From an uncultured SAR86 cluster bacterium (GTDB lineage Bacteria; Pseudomonadota; Gammaproteobacteria; Magnimaribacterales; D2472): 64,000 nucleotides of DNA. The position numbers were made by a program, and so were the translations under genes. Below, in pieces: positions 9,885 through 18,092 of this stretch (its first letter is position 1; each line of letters opens with the position of its first letter). The stretch lies in NCBI GenBank assembly GCA_902541365.1, contig CACBQK010000001.1, positions 101,851-165,850 of the forward strand, in the 5' to 3' direction. Below the pieces are notes generated by a model. It had not been told where the DNA came from. It saw only the letters and a program-made list of their open reading frames with translations, and made no database searches.

Positions 9885-10028
9885 TTACTCCTTTGCATTG
9901 GTTTTGCACCTTTTACTACAAAATCTGACCTCATCCCAAGATCTTTCCCATTTTTTTCTCCATGTAAAAGGCCTATTACATGTTACACAAATTTTTTGAG
10001 GAAGATTGGATTTTTTTATTCTTTTCAA
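9885..10028 (-). CDS. DUF2256-type small zinc-ribbon protein, 47 codons, absent from the ORF track
   Basis: My translation of the minus strand is (TTG)KRIKKSNLPQKICVTCNRPFTWRKKWERSWDEVRFCSKRCKTNAKE, ending at TAA 9887..9885. It has four Cys as CxxC...CxxxC and the PFTWRKKWE core I remember from DUF2256. The TTG start (10028..10026) overlaps the upstream TGA as TTGA. There is no in-frame ATG. Confidence 0.75.
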   Translation of the reverse strand: MKRIKKSNLPQKICVTCNRPFTWRKKWERSWDEVRFCSKRCKTNAKE

Positions 10029-11512
10029 AGAGTTTTTTCCTCAATAAAAGTATCAGCAGCCTTAAAAATTCTTAATTTCCTATCATTATCAAGTTTATCA
10101 AGAGCTCTTATCATTAGCGATAGACGTGGATTTGAAGCAAAGAATTCTCTATTGTCTTCAATAAATTTCCAATAAAGGCCATCGACAATTTCACACCAAT
10201 CTCCCTTTTTGAAATTTGACATCCTTAATATATAACTTGATCCACATATATATGGCTTAGTGGCAAATATTCCTCCATCAGCGAATGTTCCCATACCAAA
10301 AACATTTGGAACCATTACCCACTCAGATGAATCGACAAACATTTCCATGAACCATTTATAAATATCTGATGGATGGATTCTTGACATATTCATAATGCTA
10401 GCTAAAACCATAAGTCTATTTATGTGATGAGTATACCCAAACTCTTGTGCGCCTTTTATGGCATCATCTAGAGGCTCTATACCTGTTTCTCCTGTATACC
10501 AAGCATCGGATAGTTTTCTTTGATGGTTCCAATAATTAGCATCAATCATTTTTTCAGAGAAGTTTTGGTAAATGCCTCTTATAAATTCTCTCCATCCAAT
10601 GATTTGTCTTATAAATCCTTCTAAGCTGTTCAGAGGAATATCATTTTCCTCAGCATAATTTCTTGCCTCAGTTATTACTTGCTGAGGAGTAATAATCCCA
10701 AGGTTCATTGAACTACTTAACGCAGAATGAAGTTGAAAATGCTCACCCATAAAAATAGCATCCTCGTATGGCCCAAAATCTTTAAAACGCTCGTCAAAAA
10801 AAACATTAAGCCAATCTAAAGCTTGTTTAGAAGTAAAAGGGAAAATGTTATTTATTATCCCTGGATGATCTTTAAATTCAGTATTTATAAAATCAGAAAT
10901 TTCTTCAAAATCATCTCGTTTTTTGATAGTTGGAAGTTCTGGAATTATGTAACCTTTAGGAAGCTTTTTTCTATTTTCATCATCAAAGCTCCATTTACCA
11001 CCCACAGGCTTTCCGTCTTCTAGAAGAAGATCCGTCTCTCTTCGAGCTTTCTTGTAATAGTTAGCTTGTAATATAAAAGTTTTATCCCCTATAAATTCTT
11101 TAAATGACTCTCTGGTATCAATGAACATGGGTGTTTTAAGAATCTCATGAGTAATCTCAAGCTCACTAATCAACTTGAGTATTTCATTTTCAAAGGGTTT
11201 ATCTTCTATTTCAAAAAACTTAATTTTAGTAAACTTATTTCTCTTGATTTCCTCAGCTAATTTTTCTGTAAAAGGATCATTGAATCTGTTATTGAAATCA
11301 TAATAAATGTTTCTTATATTTGACTGCTCAAGAGAGTCTCTAAATGACCTCATCGCATTAAAAAATAGAGCAATTTTAGATTTATGGTGTTTTTCATATG
11401 TGCATAATCCCGAATCCTCAGACATGAAAACGGTTTCAGTATCTTCTATTTTTTGTATTTCTAGAGGGAAAAGCTGATTTCCAAGAATCAATCTTAAGGT
11501 TTTTTCTGTCAT
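10025..11512 (-). CDS. cryptochrome/photolyase-family protein of the photolyase-related (COG3046, FeS-BCP/CryPro-like) group
   Basis: 495 aa. The N-terminal LRLILGNQLF...CTYEKHHKSKIALFFNAMR and the C-terminal GWREFIRG, GYTHHINRLMVL and ATKPYICGSSYILRMS are characteristic of the family as I remember it. Confidence 0.85.
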   Translation of the reverse strand: MTEKTLRLILGNQLFPLEIQKIEDTETVFMSEDSGLCTYEKHHKSKIALFFNAMRSFRDSLEQSNIRNIYYDFNNRFNDPFTEKLAEEIKRNKFTKIKFFEIEDKPFENEILKLISELEITHEILKTPMFIDTRESFKEFIGDKTFILQANYYKKARRETDLLLEDGKPVGGKWSFDDENRKKLPKGYIIPELPTIKKRDDFEEISDFINTEFKDHPGIINNIFPFTSKQALDWLNVFFDERFKDFGPYEDAIFMGEHFQLHSALSSSMNLGIITPQQVITEARNYAEENDIPLNSLEGFIRQIIGWREFIRGIYQNFSEKMIDANYWNHQRKLSDAWYTGETGIEPLDDAIKGAQEFGYTHHINRLMVLASIMNMSRIHPSDIYKWFMEMFVDSSEWVMVPNVFGMGTFADGGIFATKPYICGSSYILRMSNFKKGDWCEIVDGLYWKFIEDNREFFASNPRLSLMIRALDKLDNDRKLRIFKAADTFIEEKTL

Positions 11513-11548
11513 GTCACTTTACTTAATGATTTTATAAATAATTTCAAT

Positions 11549-11570
11549 AAAAAAGGCCGCTAGTGCGGCC
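11549..11570 (-). terminator. Rho-independent terminator after the lipoprotein gene
   Basis: On the minus strand the sequence reads GGCCGC-ACTA-GCGGCC followed by TTTTTT. It is a GC-rich island in AT-rich DNA, 21 nt after the stop at 11591. Confidence 0.75.
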
Positions 11571-11590
11571 TTATTAAAACTTGTGCAAGT

Positions 11591-12352
11591 TTAGCTATTC
11601 ATTTCATTCTTAAACTCAGCACTATTCCATAGTTGGGCATCATCGCAAACAGCATGTGAATCAAATGTTGCCTGCATTTCTTTGCCATTTTCAACCCAGT
11701 TCATGTTACCGGCTTCCATAGTATCAAAGTTTTGATGCCAGTTAAGCCAATAGAAATCATAAGGATCACTTGAGTCTTGAGGAATGTATACGCCGTAAGT
11801 ATAGGGGTCTCCATTTCCGTTATCAGCAACCCATTTATTAAATAACTCCATATCTGCCATTAGGTCAGCCTGAGTTGATCCATCTGTATATCTGCATGCC
11901 TGAGATTGCGTAGCAAAAGATGTCCAATCAAAATCTGGTGCAGCTACTCCACCGTGAAGATCAAAATCACCAACTTGCGTATTATCACAATCTAGGACAT
12001 TTCTTGATGACTGATCCCATTCTTGAGCTTCTGCATTAGAAAGCCAAGATTCCCAAGCTGCATCAGCTGCTTCCTTTGAAGACCATTGAAGCTCCCACCA
12101 GCCACCTTGTTGGCCACTCGCAGGTGCATAACCACCAGCCCAAACCATTTCATCATATACAGCCACTAACTCATTCCATTCTGCAACGAAATCTTTCATT
12201 GTCTCTGCAGAGTAATCAGGGCCTGCTTTACAGGGAATGAATTGATTAAAATAAACAGTTTGTTGAGCATCAGCATCATCCATTGAGTTAGAACAACTAA
12301 CAACAAAGATTATTGCTAAAAGAGACAACAAACTTTTTGAAATTAAATTCAT
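11591..12352 (-). CDS. lipoprotein of unknown function with two internal repeats
   Basis: Lipobox-like LAIIFVVSCSN. The mature part is acidic and Trp-rich. Two segments of about 100 aa align to each other (details in findings). Confidence 0.7.
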   Translation of the reverse strand: MNLISKSLLSLLAIIFVVSCSNSMDDADAQQTVYFNQFIPCKAGPDYSAETMKDFVAEWNELVAVYDEMVWAGGYAPASGQQGGWWELQWSSKEAADAAWESWLSNAEAQEWDQSSRNVLDCDNTQVGDFDLHGGVAAPDFDWTSFATQSQACRYTDGSTQADLMADMELFNKWVADNGNGDPYTYGVYIPQDSSDPYDFYWLNWHQNFDTMEAGNMNWVENGKEMQATFDSHAVCDDAQLWNSAEFKNEMNS

Positions 12353-12388
12353 AAATTCTCCGAAAAAATTAACAAGAATTTATATTAC

Positions 12389-12412
12389 AAAAAAAAGCCA
12401 CCAAAAGGTGAC
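12389..12412 (-). terminator. Rho-independent terminator after the NTF2-like gene
   Basis: On the minus strand the sequence reads GTCACC-TTTT-GGTGGC (one G-U pair) followed by eight T. Confidence 0.7.
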
Positions 12413-12449
12413 TTTTTAAAGATAAAAGCTATCTTTTTTTAAAGCGCCA

Positions 12450-12815
12450 TTAAGATTCAACATGGAAAAGCTTAGTATAAATTCTCCATTCATTATCTTT
12501 CTTTAGAAAGGATAAACAATCTATAAAAATCATTCCAAGGTATGCTTCTTTAACTTTAACAGCTGCAGTATTTCCATAAACTTCACATGAAAGTATTTCT
12601 AGCATCTTTTCATCATTATTTTCCATCGGTGATGGTTGTTGCGATGCTACAAAACCTGCAAAATCATCAACACTCATTTCATGAAAACCATCTGGGAGAT
12701 ACCCTGTTATGGAAGCATTAGGATTAAAAGAAGCTTTAATTTTTTCAGGATCTGACTCATAACATCCATCAAAATATAACTGAATACAATCATTTATCAT
12801 TTCAATATCATTCAT
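12450..12815 (-). CDS. NTF2/SnoaL-fold protein (putative lumazine-binding type family)
   Basis: MNDIEMINDCIQLYFDGCYESDPEKIKASFNPNA...EWRIYTKLFH fits the roughly 120-aa NTF2-like family. ATG 12815 sits 5 nt after GGAGG (12825..12821). The track's TTG 12827 would consume that Shine-Dalgarno. Confidence 0.78.
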   Translation of the reverse strand: MNDIEMINDCIQLYFDGCYESDPEKIKASFNPNASITGYLPDGFHEMSVDDFAGFVASQQPSPMENNDEKMLEILSCEVYGNTAAVKVKEAYLGMIFIDCLSFLKKDNEWRIYTKLFHVES

Positions 12816-12831
12816 ATTTTCCTCCAAAAAA

Positions 12832-12921
12832 TGGCGGAGAGTGAGGGATTCGAACCCTCGATACAGTTACCCATATACCTCCTTAGCAGGGAGGCGCTTT
12901 CGACCACTCAGCCAACTCTCC
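12832..12921 (-). tRNA. serV: tRNA-Ser (anticodon GCU), class II with long variable arm, CCA encoded
   Basis: The minus strand reads GGAGAGT...CCTCC-CTGCTAA-GGAGG...GGGTTCGAATCCC...ACTCTCC-G-CCA. The acceptor, anticodon and T arms all pair. It is closely similar to E. coli tRNA-Ser(GCU). Confidence 0.95.
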
Positions 12922-12930
12922 GAGTTTTTT

Positions 12931-12936
12931 ATTATA
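12931..12936 (-). promoter_or_regulatory. candidate -10 box (TATAAT) for tRNA-Ser
   Basis: Perfect TATAAT on the minus strand, 9 nt upstream of the mature tRNA 5' end. The -35 is weak (TTAAGC). Confidence 0.4.
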
Positions 12937-12963
12937 CAGACAATTTTATAATGCTTAACGATT

Positions 12964-14298
12964 CTAATTATCGAATTCTAGTCTATGACCAAAATTTAAA
13001 GACTCAGAAAATTGCCCTTCTTTATAAGCAATATTTCCATTGAGGATGGTTGCATGAATTGATGAACGCATTGTTCTATTTTCTAAGGGGGACCACCCAC
13101 ATTTGTGTAAGATATTTTCTTTATTTACAGTGTAGGTTTTATCCATATCCACGCATGTTATATCAGCGAAGTACCCTTCCCTTAGGAATCCTCTATCTTT
13201 GATATTGAATCTCTTTGCAACGTTATGACTGGACTTTTCAACAATCATTTCTAAAGAAAAAATATCATCAAAATAAAACTCGAGTAGCATCTGAAGAGAG
13301 TGCTGGACCAAAGGAATACCTGCAGGAATATTTGGATATTTTTGACTTTTTTCTTCAAAAGTATGGGGAGCATGGTCGGTTGCGAAAATATCAATTTTAT
13401 TTGCTTTTACGGCTTCAATAATTCCAAGTCTGTCTTCCTCTGTTTTAATTGAGGGATTACAAACAATAAAATTGCCAAGCTCTTCATAATCTTTATCACT
13501 AAAAGTTAGGTGATGAACGCAGCCCTCAGCAGTAATATGTTTGTTCTCAATCGGATCAGTTGTAAATAATTCCATTTCCCTTGCTGTTGAAAGGTGGAGA
13601 ACATGTAAATTAGAGCCAAATCTTTTTGCCAGCCCAACAGCTAATGAACTAGATAAATAGCAACATTCCTCATCTCTTATAACTGCATGATGAGCAGCTT
13701 CAAGCTTGTCGCCATACTTTTCTTTGTATAGTCTTTCATTTTCCACTAATCTTTTAGGATCTTCACAGTGAGTAACAATATTTGTAGGACAATGTTCAAA
13801 AATCTTCTCAAGCGATTCATATTTATTAACTAGTAAATCACCAGTAGATGCTCCCATAAATACTTTGAGGCCACATGAGGTTTTTGGGTCATGTTTTTTT
13901 ATCTCTTCAATGTTGTCGTTTGTTGCACCTAAATAAAATGAGTAATTTCCAACAGATTTTGTTGAAGCCATCTCAAACTTTTTCTCTAAATTCTCAATAG
14001 TAGAGGTATTAGGATTTACATTAGGCATCTCAAAATAACTTGTAACACCACCAGCAAGAGCGGCCTTTGATTCAGTGGCAATCTCACCTTTGTGGGTAAG
14101 GCCTGGTTCTCTAAAATGAACTTGATCATCAATAAGACCAGGAATTACAAGCTTTCCTGATAAATCTAGTTCTTCGGAAGATTCTGTATCAATCGAAGCG
14201 GCTATTTTTTCAATTCTTTGATTTTTAATTGCAATATCTACCTGTGATTCAACATTTTCATTGATAACATTGCAGTTTTTTAGGACTAAGTCATACAT
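12964..14298 (-). CDS. pyrC: dihydroorotase (long, type I form)
   Basis: Amidohydrolase motifs DDQVHFREPG and ATDHAPH. 444 aa. Confidence 0.88.
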   Translation of the reverse strand: MYDLVLKNCNVINENVESQVDIAIKNQRIEKIAASIDTESSEELDLSGKLVIPGLIDDQVHFREPGLTHKGEIATESKAALAGGVTSYFEMPNVNPNTSTIENLEKKFEMASTKSVGNYSFYLGATNDNIEEIKKHDPKTSCGLKVFMGASTGDLLVNKYESLEKIFEHCPTNIVTHCEDPKRLVENERLYKEKYGDKLEAAHHAVIRDEECCYLSSSLAVGLAKRFGSNLHVLHLSTAREMELFTTDPIENKHITAEGCVHHLTFSDKDYEELGNFIVCNPSIKTEEDRLGIIEAVKANKIDIFATDHAPHTFEEKSQKYPNIPAGIPLVQHSLQMLLEFYFDDIFSLEMIVEKSSHNVAKRFNIKDRGFLREGYFADITCVDMDKTYTVNKENILHKCGWSPLENRTMRSSIHATILNGNIAYKEGQFSESLNFGHRLEFDN

Positions 14299-15512
14299 TA
14301 TTTATCTAGCTCAAATACATCATGTAAGACTTTTACGGCTTTTTCAAGATCGTCTTTTTCGATTACCAATGTCAACTTAATTTCGGAAGTACTAATCATG
14401 CCAATATTTATTTCATTTTCAGATAATGCTTGAAAAGCTTTTGCTGCAACTCCAGCATGAGACCTAATTCCAACACCAACAATAGAAACTTTAGCAATTT
14501 CATCGTCAATTATTACTTCTTTATAGTTTATGGATTTTTGAATATTGTTAATTGCTTCATCCAACAAACTTTTTTCTTCAGTTGCTATGGTAAAAGTAAA
14601 ATCCGTCTTGCCTTCAATTCCAACATTCTGAACAATAACGTCAACTTTCATGTCTAATTCACTTAGCGGACCTAGTATTTTTGACGCTATGCCTGGGGTA
14701 TCTTCAACCGCAGTAAAAGTTACTTTTGTTTGGTCTGTTTGGAAGGCTATTCCTGAAATTTCCGCATTTTCCATAGAATCATTCTCTAAAGTTATCATAG
14801 TACCAGTACCTGATGAAAAGCTCGATAGAACTCTAACAGGAACCTTAAATTTATTTGCGAATTCTACAGCTCTTATTTGAATGACTTTAGCTCCTTGCCC
14901 TGCTAGCTCAAGCATACCCTCCATAGAAATTGCATCAAGTTTTTTTGCATTGGGAACAACTCTCGGGTCTGTAGTATAAATACCATCAACATCCGTATAA
15001 ATATCACAACGATTAGCTTTAAGAGAAGCAGCAATTGCAACAGCAGTAGTATCAGATCCACCTCTACCTAAGGTAGTAACTTCTCCAGTTTCAGTTATTC
15101 CTTGGAAACCGGTAATAATTGGAATTGAGCCATCTAAAAGAATCTCCTCCATTTTTGACTTATCTATATCCAAAATCTTTGCCTTTGAAAAGTTAGATGT
15201 TGTTTTAAGTGAAACTTGGGCAGCAGAGTAAGATTTGGCTTTCAAGCCAAGAGAGTTGAGTGCCATTGCTAAGAGAGATGCACTTACTTTCTCGCCAGTT
15301 GATATCAAGGCATCGAATTCTCTTTTATTTGGATTATCTCCAAATAATTTTGAGAGTTCTATAAGTCTATCAGTCTCACCCGCCATTGCTGATACAACAA
15401 CTACAACAGTGTTCATTTCTGCCTCATTTTTAATTATTTCAGCGACTGCAGCTATTCGCTCTCCCGAGCCAACAGATGTACCTCCAAATTTTTGAACTAT
15501 AACTTGTTGCAT
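14298..15512 (-). CDS. lysC: aspartate kinase
   Basis: N-terminal VQKFGGTSVG. C-terminal tandem ACT-like region. 404 aa. Confidence 0.93.
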   Translation of the reverse strand: MQQVIVQKFGGTSVGSGERIAAVAEIIKNEAEMNTVVVVVSAMAGETDRLIELSKLFGDNPNKREFDALISTGEKVSASLLAMALNSLGLKAKSYSAAQVSLKTTSNFSKAKILDIDKSKMEEILLDGSIPIITGFQGITETGEVTTLGRGGSDTTAVAIAASLKANRCDIYTDVDGIYTTDPRVVPNAKKLDAISMEGMLELAGQGAKVIQIRAVEFANKFKVPVRVLSSFSSGTGTMITLENDSMENAEISGIAFQTDQTKVTFTAVEDTPGIASKILGPLSELDMKVDVIVQNVGIEGKTDFTFTIATEEKSLLDEAINNIQKSINYKEVIIDDEIAKVSIVGVGIRSHAGVAAKAFQALSENEINIGMISTSEIKLTLVIEKDDLEKAVKVLHDVFELDK

Positions 15513-15521
15513 AAGAAAAAT

Positions 15522-18092
15522 TTATGCGAGCGATTGTACGATATTAGGGATATCAGAAACAAATTTTTCTCTATTCGAAGGCTTACCTGCGCCTTGAGCA
15601 AATTCTACTCTTCCACCACCCTTGCCTTCAATAGGTGACGTTAAGGCATTAATAAGATCTTTTGCTGAAATTCTTGATTGAAGGTCTTTTGAAACGGAAC
15701 AAAGAATAGTTAATGTTTCGTTTTTAGAGCTTAAAAGAATAAAGATAGAGTTATTTGCACTTTTCGTTTTTTCATCAAGTAGTGGTCTTAATTCTTTGAT
15801 ATCCTCTGAATCTGCCTCTTCAATTACTAATTTAAAGTTATCAATATCATGTGTTTTAATGGATTTAATTGTGGCTACTTTGGCGGTTTTACCACCTTTT
15901 TTTAAGCTTTTATTTTCTTTTAAAAGCTTACTCACCTTATCTTCAATTTCTTCAGCAGGAGCATTTAATAGTTTTTGGAGTTGAATAGTTTGATTTTTAA
16001 GATTGGATAAATATTCTTGAGCTCTTGGACCAGATAATGCCTCAATTCTTCTGATACCAGAGGCTACACTGCTTTGACTTGTAATTATAAAAATACCAAG
16101 ATCGCCTGTTCTTGAGATATGTGTTCCACCACAAAGCTCAAGAGAAAAATCATCTTCACCAATAGATAACACTCTTACTTGATCTTCATACTTTTCGCCA
16201 AATAAAGATTCTGCACCTGAATTCTTAGCATCTTCTAAATCCATTATTTTGGTGCTTACAGCTGAATTCTTAAGTATTTCTTGATTTACTAAATCTTCAA
16301 TTTTGGATATCTCTTCGTCTGACAATGATTCATCGTGAGAAAAATCAAATCTAAGTTTATGCTCATCAACAAGTGAACCCTTTTGCTTAACATGATCTCC
16401 TAGAACCCTTTTTAGTGCAGCATGGACTAAATGGGTAGCTGAATGATGAGCTTCTGTTTTCTCTCTTTTTTCTTTATTCACATTAACTTCAATTTTATCA
16501 TCAATTTTTAAGCTTCCTTTGTCTAACTTTATAAGGTGCATAAAAACTTTTCCAGATTTTTTACAATCTAAAATGCTGCCTTCGGCATTTTTAGATTTAA
16601 ACATGCCTCTATCACCAACCTGACCACCTGACTCTGCATAAATTGAAGTCTGGTTAAGTGCAATAAAGTACTCTTGTGGCTCATTAGCAAGCTCAACTTT
16701 TTCATTTTTATTCCAAATTGCTATTACATTTGAGTTTGAAGACAAATGCTCATAACCAATAAAATCAGTTTCCTTTATATCCTCTGCAGTAGGAATCTTT
16801 GAAACAAACGAACTCGATGCCTTTGACATTTGTTGTTGAGATTCCATATTCTTCTTAAATCCTTCTTCATCAATATCAATACCCTTTTCTCTTGCAATAT
16901 CAGCCGTTAGATCAAATGGAAAACCAAAAGTATCATGAAGCTTAAAGGCTAAATCTCCTGAAATAATTTCTTTATTCCCCTCTGCAAGAGTAGAGTCTAA
17001 AATTTGAATGCCTTTATCAAGGGTTTGTAAAAACTGAGTCTCTTCATTTTTGATAAGTTTTTTAATTCTTCCTTCGTCATTTTTTAATTGTGGATAGGCA
17101 TTACCCATCGCGTTAACAAAAGTTTTAACTAACTTATGCATAAAAGGCTTATCTGCTCCAATCTTATAGCCGTGCCTAATAGCTCTTCGCAAGATTCTTC
17201 TAAGAACATAGCCTCTTCCTTCATTAGATGGAAAAACATCATCAGAAATTAAGAAGCATGAAGATCTAAGATGGTCAGCAATTACTTTGTGGGAGACATC
17301 ACCAGCATTTCCAAGCACTTTCTCGGATTCTTTAATTAGATTAAAAAAGATATCAGTTTCATAGTTTGATCCTACTCCCTGCATTACTGCAGCAATTCTT
17401 TCCAGTCCCATTCCAGTATCAACTGATGGCTTTGGTAAATCATGCAGCACGCCATCAGAATCTCGGTTGAATTGCATAAATACTAAGTTCCATATCTCTA
17501 CAAACCTATCGCCCTCGTCTCCATCTTCACCTGGCGGTGTTCCTTCATATTTATCTCCATGATCAAAAAAGATTTCTGAGCAAGGGCCACAAGGTCCAGT
17601 ATCAGCCATCGACCAAAAATTATCTTTATCTCCAAGCTTCGCAATTCTATCCGGATCAACGCCAATCTTATTTATCCAAATTTCTTTTGCCTCGTCATCA
17701 TCTTTATAAACTGTAATCCATAACCTATCTTTATCTAGTTTGAGAACATCAGTTAAAAACTCCCATGCAAAAACTATAGCCTCCTCTTTAAAATAGTCAC
17801 CAAAGCTAAAGTTCCCAAGCATTTCAAAAAAAGTATGGTGCCGAAGTGTATAGCCTACATTTTCAAGATCATTATGCTTACCCCCAGCACGAATACATTT
17901 TTGGGAAGTGGTGGCTCTGGAATATTTAAGTTTTTCTTGGCCTAAAAAGACATCTTTAAACTGAACCATGCCTGCATTAGTGAAAAGCAAAGTGTCATCA
18001 TTGTTGGGTACGAGAGAACTTGAAGAAACAATATTATGATCCTTGCTTTTGAAGAATTCTAGAAATGCTTCTCTTATCTCATTGGTATTCAT
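15522..18092 (-). CDS. alaS: alanine--tRNA ligase
   Basis: HHTFFEMLGNFSFGDYFK class II core and the editing-domain HSATHL motif. 856 aa. Confidence 0.97.
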   Translation of the reverse strand: MNTNEIREAFLEFFKSKDHNIVSSSSLVPNNDDTLLFTNAGMVQFKDVFLGQEKLKYSRATTSQKCIRAGGKHNDLENVGYTLRHHTFFEMLGNFSFGDYFKEEAIVFAWEFLTDVLKLDKDRLWITVYKDDDEAKEIWINKIGVDPDRIAKLGDKDNFWSMADTGPCGPCSEIFFDHGDKYEGTPPGEDGDEGDRFVEIWNLVFMQFNRDSDGVLHDLPKPSVDTGMGLERIAAVMQGVGSNYETDIFFNLIKESEKVLGNAGDVSHKVIADHLRSSCFLISDDVFPSNEGRGYVLRRILRRAIRHGYKIGADKPFMHKLVKTFVNAMGNAYPQLKNDEGRIKKLIKNEETQFLQTLDKGIQILDSTLAEGNKEIISGDLAFKLHDTFGFPFDLTADIAREKGIDIDEEGFKKNMESQQQMSKASSSFVSKIPTAEDIKETDFIGYEHLSSNSNVIAIWNKNEKVELANEPQEYFIALNQTSIYAESGGQVGDRGMFKSKNAEGSILDCKKSGKVFMHLIKLDKGSLKIDDKIEVNVNKEKREKTEAHHSATHLVHAALKRVLGDHVKQKGSLVDEHKLRFDFSHDESLSDEEISKIEDLVNQEILKNSAVSTKIMDLEDAKNSGAESLFGEKYEDQVRVLSIGEDDFSLELCGGTHISRTGDLGIFIITSQSSVASGIRRIEALSGPRAQEYLSNLKNQTIQLQKLLNAPAEEIEDKVSKLLKENKSLKKGGKTAKVATIKSIKTHDIDNFKLVIEEADSEDIKELRPLLDEKTKSANNSIFILLSSKNETLTILCSVSKDLQSRISAKDLINALTSPIEGKGGGRVEFAQGAGKPSNREKFVSDIPNIVQSLA

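Noticed and set aside
12450-12815. A functional link between the putative lumazine-binding NTF2 protein and the photolyase-like gene; FeS-BCP photolyases use a lumazine antenna.
   Set aside because: The two genes are separated by a lipoprotein gene and two terminators. The lumazine-binding family name is only a structural-genomics label. This is coincidence until shown otherwise.
12831-13043. A 70-aa plus-strand ORF.
   Set aside because: Its first 90 nt are the complement of tRNA-Ser and the rest is antisense to pyrC.
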